This document shows, piece after piece, positions 53,774-64,000 of a DNA stretch of 64,000 bases. The DNA comes from Octopus sinensis (taxonomy: Eukaryota). The notes below the pieces were generated by a model. The model was not told the origin of the DNA and ran no database searches. It saw only the letters and a program-made list of their open reading frames with translations. Made by a program: the position numbers and the translations under genes. Location: NCBI RefSeq assembly GCF_006345805.1, contig NC_042998.1, positions 24,552,001-24,616,000 on the forward strand, given 5' to 3'. The first letter of the stretch is position 1. Every line of letters begins with the position of its first letter.

Positions 53774-54069
53774 TAGTAAAGATTGTTTGCCAGCATAACA
53801 TGGTAGTCCTGGTTTAGGACTAATGTTGCTGTAATTTAGCTCAGGAGACATCGTGTCCAGCTGGCTATATGACACGAACTGTGTCCTTACATTTTTTGAA
53901 CAAGGGAATCTAGTATCCTCACTCAGCTCAAAACAATATCTGTGTATCGTAATTTCTGGGTTATTTCTCTTCATAGCCTGCTGAAGACTATGTCTCCTGG
54001 GGCTAAATTATAGCAACATTAGTCCTAAACCAGAACTGCCTTGTTATGTTGGCAAACAATCTTTGCTAC
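53774..54069. mobile_element. MITE-like foldback, ~95-bp imperfect arms
   Basis: AAAGATTGTTTGCCAGCATAAC..CAGGAGACA vs TGTCTCCTG..GTTATGTTGGCAAACAATCTTT. Confidence 0.7.
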
Positions 54070-54251
54070 AAAGTACTGTTGCTGAATATCGCACGTTGTG
54101 AGATTAAAAATTAGTAATTTCAAAAATGTTTTAGTTTAATGATTTAGCATTTTAACATACTAAAATTTAAATTAACGGATAATACAGATGTGCTGGACAG
54201 CTGAAATTTATAAGTTTTTTTCATTCTCTCTCTGTTTATTTTCTCTTATTC

Positions 54252-54287
54252 CTTTCTGTTGAAGAGCATAGGCTCGAAACACAAAAG
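54252..54287 (+). ncRNA. degenerate minimal hammerhead-like motif
   Basis: cttt-CTGTTGA-a-gagc-atag-gctc-GAAA-caca-aaag; sister copy at 23083-23118. Confidence 0.4.
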
Positions 54288-54749
54288 ACTTTTCCATTTT
54301 TCGTGACCATCAAACTAATACACTTGCTTGTTGTTGATACACCATTCTTTGTCTTTTGTTTTCCTATAAATTCCAACTATGAAAAAATAAAATATTTGCC
54401 CTTTACTAATTCAGCAAATTTACAATGATTCATCTCCCTATATTAGCAAATATAAAATTCAGCTCAAAAATGTCATGATAGTATTGAAAAGTTTCTACAT
54501 TTTTAGAAAAGATTGTAAACAATGTACATGGCATGATTGAGACATTTTTTTACATCTCTGATCGCTCTAATAGAGTGTCTGTTAATGATGCTCATTACAT
54601 GCATATTATGTCAATGCTAGTATTCTTCAGGATTCAATTATGTCTTCCATAGACTTCCCTCTGTATATTATTTTCTACATAAATGATTGAATGATGGGGA
54701 TATGTGTGCGTTTATGTGTTGGTTGTGTTGTGTCTTATTAAATAAATAA

Positions 54750-55258
54750 ATGTTCGTTCTCGAGCCATGCCAGGCTCATAAGAGCTGGTTTCCCGGTTTC
54801 AGTGATGTAGAAATTCTCCACCTGGACGGGACGCCGGTCTGTCACAGGACTACTCATTTTTGCCAACTGAGTGGACTGGAGCAATGTGAAAATGAAGTGT
54901 TTTGCTCAAGAACACAACGCATCACCTGGTCCAGGAATTGAAACCACAACCTCACAACCTTACAATCATGAGTTCAACACCCTAACCACTAAGCCATGCG
55001 CCTCCACTAAGTGTTCCTTCTTGAGCCATGCCAGGCTCATAAGGGCCGGTTTCCCAGTTTCAGTGGTGTAGAAATTCCCCACCTGGATGGGTCGCCAGTC
55101 CGTCGCAGGATTACTCATTTTTGCCAGCTGAGTGGACTGGAGCAACGTGAAATAAAGTGTTTTGCTCAAGAGCACAAGGCATCACTTGGCCCAGGAATCG
55201 AAACCACAACCTTACAATCATGATTTCAACATCCTAACCACTAAGCCATGCACCTCCG
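54750..55258 (-). mobile_element. two tandem tRNA-derived SINEs, family E
   Basis: Minus heads GGAGG(T/C)GCATGGCTTAGTGGTTAGG..GGTTTCGATTCC; two ~255-bp units. Confidence 0.85.
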
Positions 55259-55694
55259 TTGTGTCTTATATATTGATAATATTGATGTAATCGCAGTGTT
55301 TTCCAACCAACCTCATATTTCATTAGGCCTTAAAGCCAACTGTGGAATAAGGATTTCGACACTGCCTGTATTTTGTTGAGCCATTGAATGTTTACCAAGG
55401 TTGACAGTTGATTTGATTGAATCAACTTCTGTACCATTGAAATGATGAAATATAACTTCATCAAGATTTGAAATTTTTTTGCAAATGTAAAAATAGTTCT
55501 AACGAGTATCACAAAGTATTTAGTCTCATGTTTATTGATTCTGTCAATCTCTCGCTCTCAAATCATATATTATCATCTTAAGAAAGAAACAATATAATAG
55601 AGCAATAAAATTTTTGATTCACAAAATTGTTACCTGCGTCACCTTACTATTGTTACCTGCATCGCCTGACTATCATTACCTACATCGCCTTACT

Positions 55695-56015
55695 AGCACC
55701 TGTGCTGGTGGCATGTGAAAAAGCATTCAAGCGAGGTCGTTGCCAGTGCTGCTGGACTGGCTCCTGTGCAGGTGGCACATAAAAAGGACCATTTGAGTGT
55801 GGCTGTTGCCAGTACCGCCTGACAGGCCTCTGTGCCGGTGGCATGTAGAATCACCCACAACACTCTCAGAGTGGTTGGTGTTAGCAAGGGCATCCAGCTG
55901 TAGAAACTTTGCCAAATCAGGTTGGAGCCTGGTGCAGCCATCTGGATCACCAGTCCTCAGTCAAATCGTCCAACCCATGCTAGCATGGAAAGCAGACTTT
56001 AAACGATGATGATGA
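55695..56015 (+). mobile_element. SINE family C
   Basis: Repeats plus body plus (GAT)n tail. Confidence 0.8.
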
Positions 56016-56876
56016 GGATAATGAAAAATATGGAGTGATGGAGTAGTCTTGACTGGAATGGTTTTGATCAGGCTTGACTTCTCTTCTTAGGTAAACTGCA
56101 GTGGTTGCTATCTCTCTGAACTAGCAAACTGTATACCAATCTTATAGTCAAACCAAATTACTCATTCTGCCTTTCCTCTCCTCCTTGTTACGGTGCCTGT
56201 ATTTGTGTCCTACCAACATCTGTATTAAATGCTTTCCTCAGGCTTCCTCTCAAAAACTGCAAACCTTTCTAAGACTTCCTTTCTCTTCATGCTTTCTCTA
56301 CTAACATTAAACTGTAGAATTTGGAATTGAACACCAACTGCAATGACCTCACCAGTCCAAGAAGACCTGCTCAAATTATGAATGCTCAAATAACAATGCT
56401 GCCTGGATAATAAGATTACTTGAAATATATTTAGATAACCAATTAAGTTTGATATAGTGTCAAGATTAGAATTAGATAATTCTAAGGCAAAAGCTATCAA
56501 ACTGATTGGTATAGTCATTTACATGATAATAGAGTAGCCAGCAGTCATTTCTATTGAACTGATATTAGATTTAAATGAATTTATTTTCTATTTGCATAAA
56601 TTTGAGTGAACAGGTTTTCTGTTTAAAAGGTCCAGTTTATTGGAATCTTGAAGAAGTAATCTTTAGTTGTCTGTAATTTCTTGTTTGATCCTAATTTTTT
56701 TTTTTTTAGCTAAATGTGGTCGTAAGTTACGGCTGTGTGGTTAAGCAGCTCTTTTTCAAACCATGCAGTTCTGGTTTGATTCCACTGTGCAGAACCTTGA
56801 GCCAATGGCTTCTGTCTTGACAATCTTGAATTTGTTTATAAATTCTGAATGAAATTTGACTCATATATATATATAT

Positions 56877-57086
56877 ACTCTTTTACTCTTTTACTTGTTT
56901 CAGTCATTTGACCACGGCCATGCTGGAGCACCGCCTTTAGTCGAGCAAATCAACCCCGGGACTTATTCTTTGTAAGCCCAGTACTTATTCTATCGGTCTC
57001 TTTTGCAGAACCACTAAGTGACGGGGACGTAAACACACCAGCATCGGTTGTCAAGCAATGCTAGGGAGACAAACACAGACACACAA

Positions 57087-57151
<65 letters not shown>

Positions 57152-57317
57152 TACGACAGGCTTCTTTCAGTTTCCGTCTACCAAATCCACTCACCAGACA
57201 TTGGTCGGCCCGGGGCTATAGCAGAAGACACTTGCCCAAGATGCCATGCAGTGGGATTGAATCTGGAACCATGTGATTCATAAGCAAGCTACTTACCACA
57301 CAGCCACTCTTACGCAT
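56877..57317 (-). mobile_element. SINE family B, full length
   Basis: Reverse complement of family B. Confidence 0.88.
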
Positions 57318-57699
57318 ATGTTTTATAATTTTAATTTTGTTTGTGAAATAAAACAATTGTAGGTGAATATGTTAATTAATTAATTAATTTATGTATTCAT
57401 GAGATCTCTCTTTTTGAACTCAATAATAATATATTTATTGAAGAAATATCTCTTCAAAATATATATATTAAACCAGTGTATCTTGCATAAAATATTCCTA
57501 TAAGAGGTTTAAATATCATCGTTATTACTATATATATAGGTTATGAGAGGTAATGGTGTCAAGAAAACCCAAGGTGTCAGGTAATGCTGAGTAAGTGTTA
57601 GGGATAGACTATAGTTAAGCTCCAGGTTTGGTGATTATACAGATGAGGAGTCCAATGTAGGTCATATATCAGCATGTGTTAATTTTATATATATATATA

Positions 57700-58222
57700 C
57701 TAGCAGTATCGCCCGGCGTTGCTCGGGTTTGTAAGGGAAATAACTATATAAGCATTTTTAGTGAGTTATAGCAAAAAATAGCAAAAAAAATGCATTAAAA
57801 ATGGAATAAAAATGATGGTAATTTTGGTGTTTTCAAGCCATGAAGTCGTTGTTCTAAAAGAACGCTGGTCTCCTTGACAACGCTTTACGACGTTGATTTC
57901 CTTACACTCCCTTCCCCACAGCTTCACGAGGGAGGGAAGAAGGGGGAGAAGCAAACAGGTGCAGGTGTGACCATGGACGCCAACTCCGCCGCCATCGACA
58001 CCCGAAAAATTATGCATTAAAATGGAATAAAAAATGATGTTAAATTATTTTTAAAATCGTAGACTCATCGTAGACGCGCGCTAATACCCAGACGGGCTCG
58101 ATATGAATCACGACTATAAGATACCCGGTTTTGGTTAAACTGCACCGCAAAATGCGGGAGTAGTTAGGAATCTAAATCGTAGGAGACAGACACTCACACA
58201 ACTACAGTTTTATATATATAGA
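57700..58222 (-). mobile_element. non-autonomous Helitron
   Basis: Minus: A|TC start at 58222, subterminal hairpin CCCGAGCAACGCCGGG (57712-57727), CTAG|T end at 57700; no TSD. Confidence 0.88.
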
Positions 58223-58229
58223 TATATAT

Positions 58230-58945
58230 ATATAATTAATATAGGATAAAATTTTTTTCGGGAAAAAAAAATTTTTTATCAATGGCCAGCATATCAAAAA
58301 ATGCCCTTAAAGGTAAAATTTCTTATGAATTAACCCCGAAATTGGACCAATACGGTAATAACGAATTTTTTAGAGATTTCTATTGGTTTGTTTTGAGACG
58401 CATAAATTATAATGTTATCGACAATTTTTTGTTTCGGCATATTTGGCATTAGAATTTTTCTTCTGCCCTTATCTTCTAAATAATGTACAAATTTTACTTT
58501 TAAAGGCATTTTTTGATATGCTGGCCATTGATAAAATTTTTTTTTCCCGAAAAAAATTTTATCCTATATTAATTATAAATAGATTAGTGTTCACTTCCTG
58601 ATTCTATCACTCTGTGAAAGTTTCTAGTTCGAATCACAGGTGTCTCAAGGTGTGCCGAAGATTTTTCTATTTTGGATATATTTGGGTACTTAAGTCTGCT
58701 CAGGACTTAGTGCTTGCTTTTTCCATGGGTATGAGTAAGTATTTCATTTATATCTCGTGTATTTGTCACTGAAGAGGGGAAAATTTCTTATGAATTAACC
58801 CCGAAATTGAACCATTTTGGACGAATTTTTTAGAGATTTCTATCTGTTTGTTTCGAGACGCATAAATTATAATGGTTATCGACAATTTTCTGTTTCGGCA
58901 TATTTGGCATTAGAATTTTTCTTCTGCTCTTATCTTGTAAATTAT
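58230..58945. mobile_element. Penelope-like terminal structure (inverted plus direct repeats) with hammerhead
   Basis: Inverted 58232-58312 / 58497-58577; direct 58314-58480 / 58780-58940; (TA)n flanks. Confidence 0.65.
58765..58822 (+). ncRNA. type I hammerhead ribozyme, partly degenerate
   Basis: gtca-CTGAAGA-gggg-[loop]-cccc-GAAA-ttgaaccattt-tggac; repeat copy at 58333 shows stem III as ATTGG-A-CCAAT. Confidence 0.6.
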
Positions 58946-58946
58946 G

Positions 58947-59015
<69 letters not shown>

Positions 59016-60511
59016 GTATATATATATATGAATATAAATATATAAATATGACTAATAATATATATACATACACACACACACACACACACACCATATATAT
59101 ATATGTATATGTATATATATGTGTGTATATGTATATATCAAACTAAATCATTATCTAGAATGTGTAGAGAAATAGATTCTAGAGTGTTTAGGAGGGAATT
59201 AAATTGCGTGTATTATCCAATAGAGCTTTGATGTCTATTGAAGATCCAAGCCTGTGTTTTTTTCTCTCCTCTGAAAGTACTTAAAAATACGAAAAATAGG
59301 TCAGTCACATCTTTAGATTCTTATTTTGTTTCAGACACACATCAATGAGTAACAGAGGAATGTCTTAGAATTCATGGTCAGTAAAATCCCTGTCTGTGCC
59401 TATTTGTTTGCAAAGAGGAGAACCCGCTTTCAGACTGGCTGATATATTCTAGTATATTAGCTTCACTTTGCATTTAGCTATGATCAATTCAATTTATCAG
59501 TGCGAGGGATCAAAATTATATTTCAGTTAAAGGAATAAGAAAGACTTCATTCGATAAAAGATATTTCCTACAGTAGTGGAAGATCAAATAGAAGCATCTC
59601 TAATTGAATCAATAACTGAATCTGCATTCGGTCACTCGAGCGTAAGATCTCATAGAAGCTAATAAGATTACCAGTTCTTACATTTGCAGAATTATTAATA
59701 AAAGGCATGTTGTTATAACATTGTAAATAGTATAATTAAAAACTGAGGATATCGTCTCCTTTGTGATTTCATACCTCTAATGAGGAAATCAAAGTATATC
59801 AATTTCTTCACATTCATATGTAACATCCTTAGATCCAAATTATGATATGAAATCCTTATGGATGAATTCATATTCTTTATGCTGATGTTTAATAAAATTT
59901 GATGCTGCTTTATAGTGATAACCGTGTACCACATAGGATGTATGGAAGACATTAATTTAAAATATGATGTTAATAGAAAGCTGAATATAGTAATCAATAT
60001 TTTATGTTTTATTCTATGGTTTTTCGAGATATCTCAACAACAAGAAGAGTCAGTTATATTCGCAGCCATTCCTTTCAGGGAAATTTGACAGTGATGGGAT
60101 TTAACCCCCGTGACATCTATTGTTGATAATTCATAACACTTCAAGTATTTCCTCCGTGGGAAGTAACCAGCAAAAACACAGAAAGCATCAATGAACTCTG
60201 AGGGTTACTTATGTTTCGACAATATTGTTGCGTGCGAGCAATTATAGCTGGGGTGGATGTTGCCAAATTATTGACATTTGAATAATTTGTGTGGATACGC
60301 ATACATACATACATACATACATACATACATAAATACGTACATACATACATACATACATGCATACATACATACATACATACACACACACACTCATACATAT
60401 ACGTACACACATACATATACATACACACATACATACAAACACACACACGCACACACACACACATGTATGTATGAATATGTGCATGCATGAATAAATAGCA
60501 ACAGATGGATA

Positions 60512-60542
<31 letters not shown>

Positions 60543-60579
60543 CATGTAAGTGTGTATATGTATATATATATGTTTATAC

Positions 60580-60618
<39 letters not shown>

Positions 60619-60619
60619 A

Positions 60620-60680
60620 ATTTTTTTTTTTTTCTCTAGTTTCAGCTCAGAGCTGCGGCCATGCTGATGCACCGCCATTA
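60620..60680 (-). mobile_element. very short LINE 3'-end insertion
   Basis: Minus AATGGCGGTGCATCAGCATGGCCGCAGCTCTGAGCTGAAACTAGAG(A)n. Confidence 0.75.
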
Positions 60681-61356
60681 TATATATATATATATAATAT
60701 GTATAAATATGTATATACATATGTATATATATTTGCGTGTATGTTTCTCTGTGCATATGTGTGTGTGCATGTGTATGTGTGAATGTGTGTGTGTTTGTGT
60801 GTGTGAATGTGTCTGTGTGTGTATGTGCATGTGTATGCACCAGTAAAAACAGAAAATTTTATACTATCCATCAAACAAAACGCCTTACCCTCAAGTAAGC
60901 AGAAATGACCATAAATAATAATAATTCTTTATGTTTTTTGCACATTGATAATTTCGGTGTAAAGGATTAACACTTCATTCGATATTTTCACAAATGTCTA
61001 TTCAATCACGAAAGGAAGCACCTTTTTCCTCCATCTCAGATTTGTTCTACATCTTCTACGTTCTTACTCACTTTATTAACCTTCACTTTTCCGTGCTTAC
61101 CGGAGGTTAAAGAGAGTTCATTGAGGCAAGATTTTCTACAGCTAGATAACCTTTTTTCTGTTGCCAAGTCTTACCCGTTTCGGAGCTAAGTAATGTTCTC
61201 TCTCGGCCAAACACTTTTCTGTGGAGGATTGAAAACGAATGACACCACTTTTATGAAGGTGACACTCAATTACATCTGTCACACGATGTCAAGTCAGGGA
61301 GACTCAAACACACAAACACACACACACACACACACATACACACACACACACACACT

Positions 61357-61476
61357 CCCTCTCTCTCTCTTTCTCTCTCTCTCTCTTTCTGTCTTTCTCT
61401 CTTCTCTCTCTCTTTCTCTCTTTCCTCTCTCTCTCCCTCTCTCTCTCCCTCTATTCTCTCTCTTTCTTTCTGTCTT

Positions 61477-61523
<47 letters not shown>

Positions 61524-61737
61524 TTCTTTCTCTCTCTTTCTCTCTCTCTCTCTTTCCTCTCTCTCACTTTCCCCTCTCTCTCTTTCTCTCTCTCGCTCTC
61601 TCTCTTTCCTCTCTCTCCCTTTCTGTCTTTCTCTCTCACTTTCCCCCTCTCTCTTTCTCTCTTTCTTTCCTCTCTCTCTCCCTCTCTCTCTCTTTCTCTC
61701 TTTCCTCTCTCTCTCTCTCTTTCTCTCTTTCTCTCTT

Positions 61738-61783
<46 letters not shown>

Positions 61784-61798
61784 CCCTCTCTCTCTCTC
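61357..61798. repeat. (CT)n polypyrimidine tract
   Basis: Direct reading. Confidence 0.95.
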
Positions 61799-62329
61799 AG
61801 GCACTGACCAAAACCAATGAGTAAAAGAAATAAAAGCCAAAAGATACGACAGTCTTCTATTTTATTTTCCATCTATCAAAATGCCGGGTAAGAACCGGCA
61901 TGTCAAAGAATAAACCCAAAGTTACCTCTGTGGGTTGTAAAGGACAGCTAAGAGAGGTTGCGGCAGGATGTGCACTCTGACCTTGTAAAGCACTCATCAG
62001 TAATGACTTCCCAAACAGACCCATTGGCTGGAGGGTTGTTGCCTAAGTGGTGCAAAGGGGTCATCCACGAGGAGTAGTAGGGAATCACCAACAAATAGGG
62101 AATACAGCAGGGGACTGTTACATCACATGACACCCCATCCCATACTACTATTACTACTGAATCCACTATATGGCTTTAAGTGTCCTGGGGCTATTGTAGA
62201 AGACTTCTGCCCATGATGCCATGCAGTGGGACAGAACCTGAAACCATGTAGTTGAGAAGTGTCCTCTTCATCCTCACAGCCATGCTGATATTAAATCAAA
62301 TCTAAAGCCCCATCTTCCATAAATAAAGA

Positions 62330-63115
62330 ATATTCTTTAATCATTGCACTACTGGAGAAGATTGGAAGGCATCCTTTCTGTAATATGGACACATTTATCT
62401 GTGTTTGTGTTTCCCTCAAATTGCTCACCAGACCATCACAGAATAGTTGCCTTGTTTCATTGCTGGCAGCAATCTTTTCATGTCAAATTCTTGCTCACAA
62501 AGTCTCCAGACCCACACTTGACCACTGTCAGAAAATACAGCAAATCTGAACTCATCTGAAAATATGATGGTGTCCCAAAATGCTTGCAGCCACTCTATCA
62601 TCTCACTGCCCCAATCTTATCTCCATTTGATATTGGCTGGTTGAAGAAGTGGCTTACTTCTTGCTGCTCTGCCATAGTAGCCAAGTTTGTGGAGACACCT
62701 GACAGCTGTTCTGGGACTGACATCAACTTGTTCTGCTATGTCAGAGGACTCGTAACAAGGATTATCCTCCACACTTCACTTAACAAAACAAAGGGTCCAG
62801 TCAGAGAGCCCTAGTCAACCTGGGCAAGGTGATGTGGACTCCTTCCCATCTCTGGTGAATTTGCACAATCACTATAAAACTGTAGAAAGCAGGGTCTCAA
62901 GGTTTTCTGTGATTTTACACTAAGTCCACCTTCAGATTGACTCACAATATGACCTCTTTGAAATTTAGACAGTTCCAAGGTATCTTTTGTATGTGGCATG
63001 ATTAAACAGTCACAAATAGAGCCTGAAACATAAAAAAATATAAACCTTTTCAAGTTAAAATAAACATAAAGCAATGTTTCATGGGGTGTCTATTTACTTC
63101 TATCATGTATGCGTA
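62330..63115 (-). pseudogene. Tc1-like transposase remnant
   Basis: MPHTKDTLELSKFQRGHIV..GGLS N-terminus; FWDTIIFSDEFRF..VWVWR..SVMVW catalytic region; TIR-like end near 63115. Confidence 0.85.
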
Positions 63116-63762
63116 CATGATAGGATTCTTTCAGTATGCGTTACCAAATCCACGCACAAGGCTTTGGTTGACCTGAGGCTATAGTAGAAGACACTTGTCC
63201 AAGGTGCTGCACAGTGGGACTGAACCTTGAACCATGTAATTGGAAGCAAACGTCTTACCACACAGCCACCTGCACTTATCATAAATTACATCAAAATATT
63301 TAATTTAATCATTTAAGTTAATTGGAATCCACTGCCTGGTTTCTCATCACCACCTTGATCCCAACCCTAACCCTAGCCCTAATCCTTTAGCAAAGTCCTC
63401 TCTGTTGCAAGCATTCACACCAGGTCCCCAGTGTGACCTTCCTTCTTCCCCAGACGCAAACATAATGCAAAGGTCACAGGTATTTTTACGACAATAAAAA
63501 AACGTTGTAAGGACTTCTGTAATTACTTGTTTTCAAATGTAATGAAAATTTGAAGTTTAATACATCTTATGACAGATTTTGAAAATGACAGCTAATTTGC
63601 TGTAGAAATAATGGATTTAAATATATTCTTTTGTAGTTTTGTTTCACTTATAAATTTCATTATTTATTTTATTTTTACTGAAGCCTTGATGAGGAACTGT
63701 CTTTAAGGGTTTTAGTTAATTATTTCAATTCATTATACTGATCTTAATATTTTGTCTGTTAT

Positions 63763-63980
63763 AAGGCAGCAAGCTGGCAGAACCCATTACACACCAAGCA
63801 AAATGCTTAGAAGTGTTCACTCCATCTTTACATTCTGAGCTCAAATTCTGCCATGGTCGACTTTAGCTTTCATCCATAGAGGGGTCAATAAAGTAAGTAC
63901 CAGTTGACCACCAGAGCTGGTGCAATCAACTTACTCCACCCACAAAATTTCTCGCCATCTACCAAAATTTGAAGCCAATA
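63763..63980 (+). mobile_element. SINE family A, diverged
   Basis: GGCAGCAAGCTGGCAGAA head and core. Confidence 0.8.
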
Positions 63981-64000
63981 TTTTTGTCAGGTACAATTTC

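Noticed and set aside
61975-62003. CTGATGA plus hairpin on the minus strand (other lone CTGANGA hits at ~2017, 8511, 22381, 36953)
   Set aside because: No GAAA or stem III in register, so not called as hammerheads
63361-63385. Telomeric (CCCTAA)n
   Set aside because: Only about four degenerate units; interstitial

Overview
AT-rich, repeat-saturated, non-coding eukaryotic DNA. The SINE families and dense (TA)n/(CA)n/(GA)n/(CAA)n microsatellites point to a cephalopod, most likely Octopus (inferred from repeat resemblance, not verified). I found no confident host protein-coding gene; most track ORFs are microsatellite or SINE artefacts. The window holds many copies of at least four tRNA-derived SINE families, a 5'-truncated LINE whose 3' hairpin is shared with one SINE family, and mariner, Tc1, hAT and Helitron relics with verifiable ends. 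It also holds Penelope-like (RT/GIY-YIG) fragments with inverted foldback termini sitting in (TA)n tracts. The main unannotated signal is a set of type I hammerhead ribozyme motifs from about seven unrelated sequence families. Two have intact cores and long stem II extensions (18162-18259 +, 39963-40052 -). All coordinates were read by eye; element edges are approximate unless TSDs or TIRs are quoted.
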